The notes below the pieces were generated by a model, which made no database searches, was not told where the DNA came from, and saw only the letters and a program-made list of their open reading frames with translations. The position numbers and the translations under genes are program-made. Below are positions 44,182 through 54,046 of a DNA stretch of 64,000 nt, one piece after another. The stretch's first letter is position 1. Each line of letters begins with the position of its first letter. The DNA comes from Spirochaetaceae bacterium (GTDB taxonomy: Bacteria > Spirochaetota > Spirochaetia > DSM-2461): contig JAOPTT010000007.1 of assembly GCA_051531975.1 (NCBI GenBank), forward strand, positions 245,778-309,777, read 5' to 3'.

Positions 44182-44952
44182 ATGAGAAACAATGTAATAT
44201 CACAAAATCGGCAGAATTTGATTATAAAAAAACTACATGCCGAAGGTGAGGTTAACGTTAATGATCTAAGTGTTGAATTTAATGTTACCCCAATTACAAT
44301 TCGTCGAGACCTAAATACATTAGGTGATAAAGGGCTTCTCTATAGAATACACGGAGGAGCCATTCTTACTGAAATGTTACGTTCTGAATCTCTATTTTCA
44401 GAAAAAGGACACCAACATATTTCTGAAAAAGCAAAAATTGGTAAAATTGCAGCCTCATTAATAAATGATGAAGATACTGTTTTCTTAAATAGTGGATCAA
44501 CTACTTTAGAAGTTATTAAACATCTTACAGGGAAGCATGTTAAAGTTATTACAAATAATGTTGCTGTATTAAATATACCCCGAGATCCACTAATAGAAAT
44601 ATTCCTTGTAGGTGGCGAATTTAGAGAAGCATCCCAATCATTAGTTGGTGATATGGCTAAAGATACATTATCTAATGTCTATAGTTCCTGTACTATTCTT
44701 GGCGCAAATGGAATAAATAAATCTTTTGGTTTAACTTCTTCAGTTCAGCAAGAGACAAGTATTAATAGGCTCATGGTTGAGCGATGCCATGGCCCAGTAA
44801 TAGTTCTTGCTGATAGTTCTAAAATAGGAGTTGTTTCAAGTTTCTCTACAGCATCATTAAATCAAATAACCACCTTAATAACAGATAAAAATGCAGATGA
44901 AACTGAAATCTCAAGTTTTAAAGATTTAGGTATTAATGTCATTATTGCATAA
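44182..44952 (+). CDS. DeoR/GlpR family regulator (putative ula regulator)
   Basis: VTPITIRRDL HTH, R.HGGA, SGSTT, ADSSK. Confidence 0.9.
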   Translation: MRNNVISQNRQNLIIKKLHAEGEVNVNDLSVEFNVTPITIRRDLNTLGDKGLLYRIHGGAILTEMLRSESLFSEKGHQHISEKAKIGKIAASLINDEDTVFLNSGSTTLEVIKHLTGKHVKVITNNVAVLNIPRDPLIEIFLVGGEFREASQSLVGDMAKDTLSNVYSSCTILGANGINKSFGLTSSVQQETSINRLMVERCHGPVIVLADSSKIGVVSSFSTASLNQITTLITDKNADETEISSFKDLGINVIIA

Positions 44953-45044
44953 ACAACAACTATTCTAATAAAGCTCATAATGTTCATTTAAGTTCTTTTA
45001 ACGTCTCCAATTTTGATATTATTAAGAAATACTAACTTAATATC

Positions 45045-45193
45045 GATCAATTAAAACATTTAATGTATATTATTTGAAAATATTTCTTGCCATATTAGAA
45101 TAAGCGAGTTAATATAATCTTAAATGTTTCTTTTGATTGTTTTAAATGATTAGATAGAACATTTTTATGTGTGGAAATGATCTTAAGATCATT
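45045..45193 (+). promoter_or_regulatory. ulaA promoter with further operator copies and an 18-bp palindrome
   Basis: GATCAATTAAAACATTTAAT 45045-45064; TTGCCA-N17-TAATAT 45087-45115; inverted copy 45121-45138; GATTAGATAGAACATTT from 45148; AATGATCTTAAGATCATT 45176-45193. Confidence 0.7.
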
Positions 45194-45225
45194 ATTAAAT
45201 AACAAAGGAAAATAAGGAGAAAATT

Positions 45226-46659
45226 GTGGATTTCGTATTATCGATTTTTATGGGCTTTATTAACAAGTTTTTAGGACAACCAGCCCTCTTGCTAGGTTCG
45301 ATTACTTTTATCGGGTATCTATTTTTAGGAAAAAAAGTTTATGAGGCACTTGCAGGATTTATTAAGGCTTATGTAGGTTTTAAGATTTTACAAGTAGGTA
45401 CAGGAGGATTGGTAGGAACATTTAAACCAATTATTACAAGTTTATCAGAAAAATATGGTATTACAGCTTTAGTAATTGATCCTTATTTTGGACAAACATC
45501 AGCAACTGAAACGTTAGATGCATTTGGTTCACTACAGTATGTTGGTTATGTTATGCTTATTGCATTTGCATTTAATATACTTTTAGTTGCATTTAGAAAG
45601 CAGACAAAAATTAGAACTCTTTTTATCACTGGTCATATAATGTATCAGCAATCAGCTGTTCTTTTATGGGCAATGTTTTGGGTTCTTGAATCCTCAGGTG
45701 GAAATGCAGCTTCTCCATTATTAGTTGGAGTTATTGGTATTCTAATGGGTACTTATTGGTCAGTTACTTCTAACCTTATTATTGAAGCAACACAGGATGT
45801 TACAGATGGAGCTGGTTTTACAATTGGACATCAGCAGATGTTTGGAGCATGGCTTGCATATAAAGTAGCAGGTAAAATTGGAAATAAAAAGCATGATGTT
45901 AACCATGTTGAGACTCCAGGGTTTTTATCGATTTTAAATGATAACGTAGTAGCCAATACAATTTTAATGACATTTTTTGTTGGTGGTATCATGATGATAT
46001 TAGGTAGAGAATCGTTTGACTACAATACTTCAAAATACTTTTTTGCAACATATGTATTCGAAAAAACAGCTTTATTTGCAGTTTATATAGCTATACTTCA
46101 ACAAGGTGTTAGAATGTTTGTTTCAGAATTACAGACTTCTTTCCAAGGTATTTCTGATAAATTACTTAAAGGTGCTGTTCCAGCAGTAGACTGTGCTGTA
46201 ACGTTTGGTTTTTCTCCAAATGCTCCTACATATGGTTTTATCTTTGGTTTCTTTGGTCAAATAATTGCAATATTTACATTAGTTGCTATACAATCTCCTG
46301 TTTTAATTATTGCGGGATTTATCTGTCTATTCTTTGACAATGGTACATTAGCTGTTTATGCAAATAAAGCTGGTGGTAGAAGAGCTGCAGCAATAATTCC
46401 GTTTGTAGCTGGTTTAATCCAAGTATTTGGTTCCGCTTTAGTATTAACTGTATTAAAAGATGGACCAGCAGTAATTGGTTGGATGGGTATGTTTGACTGG
46501 GCAACTCTTTGGGCAGCAGCAGTATTATTAGCAAGTAAGTTTGGAATCTTCATACCAATAATTATGATTCCACTGTTATTAATCATTCCACAATTACAAT
46601 ATAGACGTCACAAAAAGAATTATTTTACAACAATGAGAGACGAAAAAGCAGAAGCATAA
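45226..46659 (+). CDS. ulaA: PTS ascorbate transporter subunit IIC (SgaT/UlaA)
   Basis: FITGHIMYQQ, FTIGHQQ, GVRMFVSEL, PAVDC, FFDNGT; GTG start after AAGGAG. Confidence 0.93.
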   Translation: MDFVLSIFMGFINKFLGQPALLLGSITFIGYLFLGKKVYEALAGFIKAYVGFKILQVGTGGLVGTFKPIITSLSEKYGITALVIDPYFGQTSATETLDAFGSLQYVGYVMLIAFAFNILLVAFRKQTKIRTLFITGHIMYQQSAVLLWAMFWVLESSGGNAASPLLVGVIGILMGTYWSVTSNLIIEATQDVTDGAGFTIGHQQMFGAWLAYKVAGKIGNKKHDVNHVETPGFLSILNDNVVANTILMTFFVGGIMMILGRESFDYNTSKYFFATYVFEKTALFAVYIAILQQGVRMFVSELQTSFQGISDKLLKGAVPAVDCAVTFGFSPNAPTYGFIFGFFGQIIAIFTLVAIQSPVLIIAGFICLFFDNGTLAVYANKAGGRRAAAIIPFVAGLIQVFGSALVLTVLKDGPAVIGWMGMFDWATLWAAAVLLASKFGIFIPIIMIPLLLIIPQLQYRRHKKNYFTTMRDEKAEA

Positions 46660-46678
46660 ATAGTTATTAACAATTTAA

Positions 46679-46709
46679 ATAATCCCTTATTATTAAAATA
46701 AGGGATTAT
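46679..46709 (+). other. Intra-operon stem-loop without a U-tract
   Basis: ATAATCCCTTATT-ATTAA-AATAAGGGATTAT, perfect 13-bp stem. Confidence 0.7.
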
Positions 46710-46726
46710 ATAGAGGAGATTAAATC

Positions 46727-47035
46727 ATGATAAAAGTTTTGGCAATTTGCGGTAATGGTATGGGAACAAGTTTAGTTATTAAAATGAAGGTGAAAAAATA
46801 TTTAGATGCAAACAATATTAAAGCTGAAATGCTATCCTGCTCACTTGCAGAAGCAAAAGGGTTTATTTCTCAGGGGATTGATATCGCTCTATGTTCAGCT
46901 CAACTTGCAAAGAATGTGGATGCACCAGAAAGAACTACTCTTCTTGGTTTAAAGAATTTAATGGATGATAAAGAGTTTGGTCCATTGTTATTAGAAACTG
47001 TTAAAACTCGATTTCCAAATGAGATATCAGGATAA
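46727..47035 (+). CDS. ulaB: PTS subunit IIB (ascorbate)
   Basis: CGNGMGTS phospho-Cys loop. Confidence 0.9.
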   Translation: MIKVLAICGNGMGTSLVIKMKVKKYLDANNIKAEMLSCSLAEAKGFISQGIDIALCSAQLAKNVDAPERTTLLGLKNLMDDKEFGPLLLETVKTRFPNEISG

Positions 47036-47045
47036 AGGGGTAGTT

Positions 47046-47507
47046 ATGGATTTAAAAGAACATTTATTAACACATAAAGCAGTTAAATTCCAAGCTGAAG
47101 CTTCAGATTGGAAAGAAGCAGTAAAAATTGGAACAGATTTACTTGAAAAAGCTGGGACAATTACTCCTCAATATTATAAAGAGATCATTGCAAGTGTAGA
47201 TGAACTTGGACCATATTTTATATTAGCTCCAGGGCTAGCGATGCCCCATGCACGACCAGAAGGTGGAGTATTACAAACAAGTTACGCACTCGTTGTACTA
47301 AAAGAACCTGTAAATTTTGGAGATCCAGATAATGATCCTATAGATATATTAATAACTATGGCAGCTAAAGATGCAGCTACACAAAATGAAGATGCTATCG
47401 TTCAAATTGTAACTCTTTTAGACGAAGAAGAGACTGTAGAAAAACTTAGAAAAGCAGAAACAATTGAAGATTTAAAAAAGATTTTTGATGAATTGGAGAA
47501 TAATTAA
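47046..47507 (+). CDS. ulaC: PTS subunit IIA (ascorbate)
   Basis: GPYFILAPGLAMPHARPE; start moved to ATG 47046. Confidence 0.9.
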   Translation: MDLKEHLLTHKAVKFQAEASDWKEAVKIGTDLLEKAGTITPQYYKEIIASVDELGPYFILAPGLAMPHARPEGGVLQTSYALVVLKEPVNFGDPDNDPIDILITMAAKDAATQNEDAIVQIVTLLDEEETVEKLRKAETIEDLKKIFDELENN

Positions 47508-48161
47508 ATGGCATTACCACTATTACAAGTAGCATTAGATAACTTTACTATAGAAGAGGCATTACAATCAACAAAAGTATTAGCCCCAGAAGTAGATATT
47601 ATAGAGGTTGGTACTTTGCTTTCACTAGCAACTGGTTCTGGATCAATTTCAACTCTTAGAACTCTATATCCTGATAATATTCTAGTTGCTGATTTAAAAA
47701 TTGTAGATGCAGGTGGAGAACTTGCAAATATGGCATGTTCTAAAGGTGCCAATTGGGTAACTGTAATGTGTAATGCAGCTAATGCAACAAAAGAAAAAGC
47801 AGTAGAAGCTGCAGCTAAATTAAATTGCGAAATTCAAGTTGAATTATTTGGGAATTGGACATTTGACGAAGCTGAAGAATGGAAAAAAATTGGTTTAAAA
47901 CAAGTTATATATCATCAAAGTAGAGATGCTCTTAATTCAGGTGGATCTTGGGGTGAAGAGAACATGAAAGTTGTAAAAAAGTTAGCAGAGATGGGTTTTG
48001 AAGTATCTGTTACAGGTGGTCTTACACTTGATGTTTTAAAACTATTTAAAGGAATACCAATTAAATCATTCATCGTTGGGCGTAATTTAAGGAATGCATC
48101 TGATCCAGCATCTGAAGCTAGATTGTATAAAGATGAAATAAAAAAATACTGGGCTAGTTAA
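47508..48161 (+). CDS. ulaD: 3-keto-L-gulonate-6-phosphate decarboxylase
   Basis: PLLQVALD, IEVGT, ADLKIVDAG, YHQSRD, VTGG. Confidence 0.93.
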   Translation: MALPLLQVALDNFTIEEALQSTKVLAPEVDIIEVGTLLSLATGSGSISTLRTLYPDNILVADLKIVDAGGELANMACSKGANWVTVMCNAANATKEKAVEAAAKLNCEIQVELFGNWTFDEAEEWKKIGLKQVIYHQSRDALNSGGSWGEENMKVVKKLAEMGFEVSVTGGLTLDVLKLFKGIPIKSFIVGRNLRNASDPASEARLYKDEIKKYWAS

Positions 48162-48162
48162 A

Positions 48163-49035
48163 ATGTATAGTTTAGATAAACAAGCTTTGGGAATTTATGA
48201 AAAAGCATTGCCTTCTGGAACTACATGGAAAGAAAAACTGGAAATTGCTAAAGAAACTGGGTTTGATTTTATAGAAATATCAATAGATGAAACCGATATG
48301 CGACTTTCCCGGTTAGATTGGTCTCAAGAAGAGCGAAATGACCTAGTAAAAGATATTGCAGAAACAGGTATTAGGATACCATCTATGTGTTTAAGTGGGC
48401 ATAGAAAATATCCCCTTGGTAGTGAAGATCCCGATATAAGAAATAAAGCATTGGATTTAATGAAAAAAGGAATTGAGTTAGCTGTTGATCTTGGAATTAG
48501 AAATATTCAATTAGCTGGATATGATGTTTATTATTCAGCGGGAAATTCTAAAACGCGAGAAAATTTTTTAAATGGACTAAGGCAGGCTGTTTCTTGGGCA
48601 TCTAAAGCAGAAGTTATGTTAAGTATGGAGATAATGGATCATCCACTGATGAATTCAATAAGTCGATTTTTAGAATATTCTGAAGAAATTCCATCACCCT
48701 GGTTCACTGTATATCCAGACATTGGAAATATTAGTGCATGGGGTAATGATATTGAGAAGGAATTTACTAAAGGTATAAATAAAATAACATCAATACATCT
48801 AAAAGATACATTAGCAGTATCAGGAGTTTTTAATGGAAAATTTAAAGAAGTTCCATTTGGTGAAGGTTGTGTAGACTTTCCAGATTTTTTTAGAATACTA
48901 AATATTTTAAACTACAAAGGTCCTTTTTTAATTGAAATGTGGACTGAAAAATCAGATAAACCTATTGAAGATATAAAAAAAGCTAGATCTTGGATGTTAG
49001 AAAAAATGGAAGAGGGGGGGTACCACTTATGTTAG
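48163..49035 (+). CDS. ulaE: L-ribulose-5-phosphate 3-epimerase
   Basis: [39 protein letters not shown]. Confidence 0.94.
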   Translation: MYSLDKQALGIYEKALPSGTTWKEKLEIAKETGFDFIEISIDETDMRLSRLDWSQEERNDLVKDIAETGIRIPSMCLSGHRKYPLGSEDPDIRNKALDLMKKGIELAVDLGIRNIQLAGYDVYYSAGNSKTRENFLNGLRQAVSWASKAEVMLSMEIMDHPLMNSISRFLEYSEEIPSPWFTVYPDIGNISAWGNDIEKEFTKGINKITSIHLKDTLAVSGVFNGKFKEVPFGEGCVDFPDFFRILNILNYKGPFLIEMWTEKSDKPIEDIKKARSWMLEKMEEGGYHLC

Positions 49036-49724
49036 AAAAATTAAAAAAAGAAGTACTTGAGGCTAACCTTGCACTTCCCAAGTTTGGGTTAATTACTTTT
49101 ACCTGGGGTAATGTTAGTGGTATAGATCGAGAAAAAGGTCTTGTTGTTATCAAACCAAGTGGTGTTGAATATGACTCAATGACAGCTGACGATTTAGTTG
49201 TTGTTGATTTAAATGGAAATAAAATTGAAGGTCATTATAAACCATCATCAGATACACCTACTCATTTAGCTTTATATAGAGAATATGAAGAAATTGGTGG
49301 AATTGTGCATACACATTCTTCTTGGGCAACAAGTTGGGCACAGGCAGGGAGATCAATTCCTGCCCTTGGTACAACTCATGCTGATTATCTTTATGGAGAA
49401 ATTCCATGTACTAGAAAAATGACTACAGAGGAAATTAAGGGCGAGTATGAGTTAGAAACTGGAAAAGTTATTATCGATACTTTTTACTCTCGTTCTATAA
49501 ATCCTATCCAAGTTCCTTCTGTATTAGTTTATAGCCATGGTCCATTTTCCTGGGGTAAAGATGCCCAGGATGCAGTTCATAATGCTGTAGTATTAGAAGA
49601 AGTTGCAAAAATGAGTTATCGATCTTTTACTTTAGCACCAAATAAATCACCTATGCAGAAAGAATTATTAGATAAACATTTTTTAAGAAAGCATGGTGCA
49701 AATGCTTATTATGGACAGAACTAA
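49029..49724 (+). CDS. araD: L-ribulose-5-phosphate 4-epimerase (UlaF/AraD)
   Basis: [37 protein letters not shown]; start moved to ATG 49029. Confidence 0.95.
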   Translation: MLEKLKKEVLEANLALPKFGLITFTWGNVSGIDREKGLVVIKPSGVEYDSMTADDLVVVDLNGNKIEGHYKPSSDTPTHLALYREYEEIGGIVHTHSSWATSWAQAGRSIPALGTTHADYLYGEIPCTRKMTTEEIKGEYELETGKVIIDTFYSRSINPIQVPSVLVYSHGPFSWGKDAQDAVHNAVVLEEVAKMSYRSFTLAPNKSPMQKELLDKHFLRKHGANAYYGQN

Positions 49725-49742
49725 ATAATATAATATTTTTAA

Positions 49743-49758
49743 GCTCCCCAATGGGGAG
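49743..49758 (+). terminator. Hairpin after the ula operon
   Basis: CTCCCC-AAT-GGGGAG; weak U-tract. Confidence 0.5.
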
Positions 49759-49994
49759 TCGTTAACTAGTCTACTTATTCAAATCTTAATTCTTTTAAAT
49801 AATTCCTATAGAAATTTTAAACTCTTAAAATATAAGTTAAACGTAGTTTTAAATAACAAATTTACAATGAATAATAGTTGTGATATATTTGTATTTTATG
49901 ATTCTTATTAGCCTTTAATGATTTAAATAGGTATATATTCATGCCTAGGTTCAAATTAAACAAATAAGAATATCAAAAAAATATGGAGATAAAT

Positions 49995-51560
49995 ATGGAT
50001 TATGAATGGTTAGCACTACTTCCACCTCTTTTAGCAATAGGTTTTGCTTTATGGAAAAGACAGGTTGTTTTATCACTTTTAGTAGGAGTATTTACTGGGG
50101 CAACTATATTAGCTGGTTGGAACCCTTTAAAGGGACTTTTAGATACATTTTCAGTATACATAGTTGAAAAATCTTTGGCTGATTCATGGAATATTGGTAT
50201 TATAGTATTTCTATTAGCTGTTGGTGGTATGATCGGTGTAATTGGTAAAATGGGTGGAACAAAAGCTATTGCTACTTCTATTGCTAAAAAAGCAACTGAT
50301 GTTAGATCTACCCAGTTAGCTACAGCTTTAATGGGAGTTGCTATATTCTTTGACGATTATGCCAATTCAATAGTTGTAGGTAATACAATGAGACCTATTA
50401 CTGATGCACAAAAAATTTCAAGAGAGAAACTTTCATATATTGTTGATTCTTCTGCGGCACCAATATCTTCTATGGCACCTATATCAACTTGGATAGCTAT
50501 GGAGTTAGGATTAATTGCAGCAGGTCTAGCTGATGTTGGATTAGATGGAGATGCGATGACTATCTTCTTTCAGACAATCCCTTATAGGTTTTATTCTCTT
50601 TTTGCACTAATACTTTTATTTAACTTAATACTTCAAAGAAAAGATTATGGAGCAATGTTAAAAGCTGAGATTAGAGCCAGAAAAACTGGTCAAGTTTATG
50701 CCGAGGGTGCAAATCCTTTAATAGCAGAAGATAAAAACCTATTACCAGACGATGGTGTTGATGGTTCAATATGGGATGTTATTATTCCTATTGGAGTATT
50801 TTTACTCGTTACAGTATTTGGTCTATGGTACAACGGTTATGAAGCTGGTAAAAGTTTTAAAGATTGTATTGGGGATTCTGACGCATCAGTAGTTCTTACA
50901 TGGGCTGCATTTATAGGTTCTTTAATCGCCGGTTTAATTGGTGTCATTAAAAAAAGATTCTCTATGACAGGTGCGGTTGAATCATGGATATCTGGTGCAA
51001 AATCAATGTTTACTGCAGTTATCATATTAACATTAGCATTTGCATTAAAAGGTGTAATTTCTGACATGGGATTAGATGTTTGGTTAGGAGAGGTTGCAAA
51101 AGGTAGTCTTAATAGTGCATTCCTTCCATTAATAATATTCATTGTATCGATGTTCATGGCTTTTGCTATAGGTTCTTCTTGGGGAACTAACGGTATTTTG
51201 ATGCCAATTGTAATACCTGTTGCAGCTCAAATATCAGGGGCTACAGGTTCTGTTACTCCTCTTATGTTAGCATGCATGGGAAGTGTTTTAACTGGTGCTG
51301 TTTTTGGAGACCACTGCTCTCCTATATCAGATACTACAATTTTATCATCATCTGCTTCTGGTTCTGATCATATCGACCATGTTAAAACTCAAATGCCTTA
51401 TGCTATAACAGCAGCAATTTTTGCCATAGTTTTTGGTTTTATTCCAGCTGGATTAGGACTATCCCCTTGGATATCACTAGCATTAGGTTTAGTTGCAATT
51501 ACTATATTTGTTAAGTTTTTTGGTAAAAGAATTAACAACGAAGGTGAGATAATATCTTAA
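49995..51560 (+). CDS. Na+/H+ antiporter NhaC family transporter (probably an amino-acid or other organic substrate)
   Basis: FFDDYAN, SREKLSYIVDS, GSSWGT, GAVFGDHCSPISDTT, HIDHVKTQ; ATG 49995 after GGAG. Confidence 0.88.
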   Translation: MDYEWLALLPPLLAIGFALWKRQVVLSLLVGVFTGATILAGWNPLKGLLDTFSVYIVEKSLADSWNIGIIVFLLAVGGMIGVIGKMGGTKAIATSIAKKATDVRSTQLATALMGVAIFFDDYANSIVVGNTMRPITDAQKISREKLSYIVDSSAAPISSMAPISTWIAMELGLIAAGLADVGLDGDAMTIFFQTIPYRFYSLFALILLFNLILQRKDYGAMLKAEIRARKTGQVYAEGANPLIAEDKNLLPDDGVDGSIWDVIIPIGVFLLVTVFGLWYNGYEAGKSFKDCIGDSDASVVLTWAAFIGSLIAGLIGVIKKRFSMTGAVESWISGAKSMFTAVIILTLAFALKGVISDMGLDVWLGEVAKGSLNSAFLPLIIFIVSMFMAFAIGSSWGTNGILMPIVIPVAAQISGATGSVTPLMLACMGSVLTGAVFGDHCSPISDTTILSSSASGSDHIDHVKTQMPYAITAAIFAIVFGFIPAGLGLSPWISLALGLVAITIFVKFFGKRINNEGEIIS

Positions 51561-51565
51561 ATAAT

Positions 51566-51590
51566 CTAGGCACTTAGGTGCCTAGGTTTT
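51566..51590. terminator. Intrinsic terminator between nhaC and cls
   Basis: CTAGGCAC-TTAG-GTGCCTAG-GTTTT. Confidence 0.8.
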
Positions 51591-51597
51591 AATCTTA

Positions 51598-53085
51598 TTA
51601 CATTAAAGTTGCCATTAACCGACAGAGAGAGTCCCTAAACTTATATATTATTCTTTTATTTTTATATGTCTCTTTATTTACAACAATGCAGTGTTCGGCA
51701 TCTAATAAAAACTGTTGTTTAAGATTTTGACTTATAGATTTATCGTATAATACAGCATTTACTTCATAATTAATATGGAAACTTCTAATATCCATGTTGC
51801 AGCTACCAACTGTGGAGATTAGATCATCTACTACTATTGATTTTGAATGTAAAAAACCTTTTTGATAGAGATATATTTTAACCCCAGCACTTAAGAGCGG
51901 TGGGAAATAAGTCTGTGCTGTCCAATATGGTAGCTTTTTATCAGGTCTACCTGTCATCATTAAATGTACCTCTATACCACTTAAGGATGCAGTTTCTAGA
52001 GCTTTTAATATGGAAGTATCTGGAATGAAATATGGGCTTTGAATATATATTTTACTATTTGCATTAGTTATCATAGAAAAATATAGCTGATGTATACTAC
52101 TCCATTTAGAATCTGGACCACTTACAGCAATTTGTATAGGACTACCATTCTCAATTTTTGTTAATGGGAAGTATTGTTTGTATTTTAATAGTTCTTTTGT
52201 CGTATTTAACCAATCTGTAAAAAAGAGTGCTTGTAACATCCTTACCGAGTCTCCAGTAATCCGGATATGAGTATCTTGCCAGTGGTTAAAATAATTCCCA
52301 CCGGTAATATACTCTTCACCTATATTGAATCCACCAGTATATCCAATTTTTCCATCAATAATTACAATTTTTCTGTGATTACAATAGTTGAATTTTAGAA
52401 ACTTTAATGGAGCTGCCAACGGGTCTAGAAAGTAATAAAACTGAATACCTGCTCTTTTAAGTTCTCTTTTATATTTATATGAGATTCTATTAAAAGAGCC
52501 TACCCCGTCAAAAAGTAGTCTTACTTCGACCCCGCTTAAAGATTTATTGATTAGAATATCTTTTATCTTATTTCCTAGAGAATCGGATTTCCATATAAAA
52601 TACTCCATATGTATAGAGTTTGTAGCTTCTGTTAAATCAATTAACATCTGTTTATATAAATCTTTACCAGAGTGGTATATATTAACTCGGTTATTAAGTG
52701 TAACTACAGAGTTCGAGCAGTTTAAAAGTAGGGACATAGCTTTTACCATATCACTAGATTCTTCACTTTGATCCTTAATTCCTCTATATAAAACTTTCTG
52801 CTCTACTATGATGTCTGAAAGTTCATTTTTAAATATCTCTTCAGGAAGGTGTGCAACAATTTTTCTGGCTTTATAATTAATCCCAGTTAAAATGTATAAC
52901 AATATACCAATAGGTTGAAAGATTAATATGATTAAAAGCCACGAAAATGTAACTTCGGGAGGTTTTGTATTATCTAATAATATTATTATAAATGTGATTA
53001 TTATAAATATGATGTTGATAATCTTTAAAATATCGTTAACGTTCACTACTATTAAATTATATAAGCTGTTTTCAATCTTTACCAC
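51598..53085 (-). CDS. cls: Cardiolipin synthase
   Basis: Two HKD motifs (HRKIVIID, HSKSIVVD) and N-terminal TMs; start uncertain (possibly GTG 53046). Confidence 0.92.
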   Translation of the reverse strand: MVKIENSLYNLIVVNVNDILKIINIIFIIITFIIILLDNTKPPEVTFSWLLIILIFQPIGILLYILTGINYKARKIVAHLPEEIFKNELSDIIVEQKVLYRGIKDQSEESSDMVKAMSLLLNCSNSVVTLNNRVNIYHSGKDLYKQMLIDLTEATNSIHMEYFIWKSDSLGNKIKDILINKSLSGVEVRLLFDGVGSFNRISYKYKRELKRAGIQFYYFLDPLAAPLKFLKFNYCNHRKIVIIDGKIGYTGGFNIGEEYITGGNYFNHWQDTHIRITGDSVRMLQALFFTDWLNTTKELLKYKQYFPLTKIENGSPIQIAVSGPDSKWSSIHQLYFSMITNANSKIYIQSPYFIPDTSILKALETASLSGIEVHLMMTGRPDKKLPYWTAQTYFPPLLSAGVKIYLYQKGFLHSKSIVVDDLISTVGSCNMDIRSFHINYEVNAVLYDKSISQNLKQQFLLDAEHCIVVNKETYKNKRIIYKFRDSLCRLMATLM

Positions 53086-53113
53086 ATCTATTTATTAATG
53101 ATATTTTTTGTCT

Positions 53114-54043
53114 ATGGAAGTATATGTATTAGGATGTGGAGGCATGATGCCTCTACCAGGAAGACACCTCACATCAGTTCTTGTTAGAAGAGAAGGGGAA
53201 CTGATTCTTTTTGATTGTGGTGAGGCAACACAAATATCTTTAAAAAGATTAAATTTAAAATGGAAGCGAATTTCAACGATTTATATATCTCATACCCATG
53301 CAGACCATATCACAGGTCTACCGGGAATACTAATGTTATCTGCTCAAGTAGATAGGACTGAACCTCTAACAATTATTGGTCCTAAGAAAATAAAAGAGTA
53401 TATTGAGACTAGTATCAGTGTTTTAGATATGTATATAAATTATGAAATTATTATTAAAGAATTAGAAGACCCAGCTACATCCCAGATTGTTACCGATACA
53501 GATGAGTATTACGTAAAAACGATACCTTTAGATCACTCAAAGGTTTGTGTTGGTTATTCTCTAATTGAAAAAGAAAGGCCAGGAGTTTTCTTTCCTGATA
53601 AAGCTAAAGAAGTAGGTGTTCCAGTAGGTCCAATGTGGTCTATTTTACAAAGTGGAAAAAATGTAACTTTAGAAGATGGGCGGGAGATTTCTCCAGGTGA
53701 AGTTATGGGAGATATTAGAAAAGGAAGAAAGTTTAGTTATGTAACAGATACTGCTTATCTTCCCTCAATTGCCAAGGAAGTTGAAGGTTCTGATCTATTT
53801 ATATGTGAAGGAATGTTCGAGGAGGCTTTGCTAGAGAGTGCAAAAGAGAAAAAGCATATGATCTCTAAACAAAGTGCTCAAATTGCTCTAGATGGTAATG
53901 TTAAGCAACTTGGTTTAATCCATTATAGTCCCCGATACATGGAGAAAGAACTTCGAGTTTTATTAACTGAAGCACAAACAATATTCAAAAATACGGTTTT
54001 AACTAGAGATAGAATGTTATTTAATCTACCCCACGAGGAGTAA
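53114..54043 (+). CDS. rnz: Ribonuclease Z
   Basis: LFDCGE, SHTHADH, exosite (GVPVGP), YVTDT, HYSPRY. Confidence 0.93.
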   Translation: MEVYVLGCGGMMPLPGRHLTSVLVRREGELILFDCGEATQISLKRLNLKWKRISTIYISHTHADHITGLPGILMLSAQVDRTEPLTIIGPKKIKEYIETSISVLDMYINYEIIIKELEDPATSQIVTDTDEYYVKTIPLDHSKVCVGYSLIEKERPGVFFPDKAKEVGVPVGPMWSILQSGKNVTLEDGREISPGEVMGDIRKGRKFSYVTDTAYLPSIAKEVEGSDLFICEGMFEEALLESAKEKKHMISKQSAQIALDGNVKQLGLIHYSPRYMEKELRVLLTEAQTIFKNTVLTRDRMLFNLPHEE

Positions 54044-54046
54044 GTT

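Noticed and set aside
49014..49020. G7 tract as a phase-variation switch
   Set aside because: It is short, lies in the last codons of ulaE, and is explained as the SD of araD.
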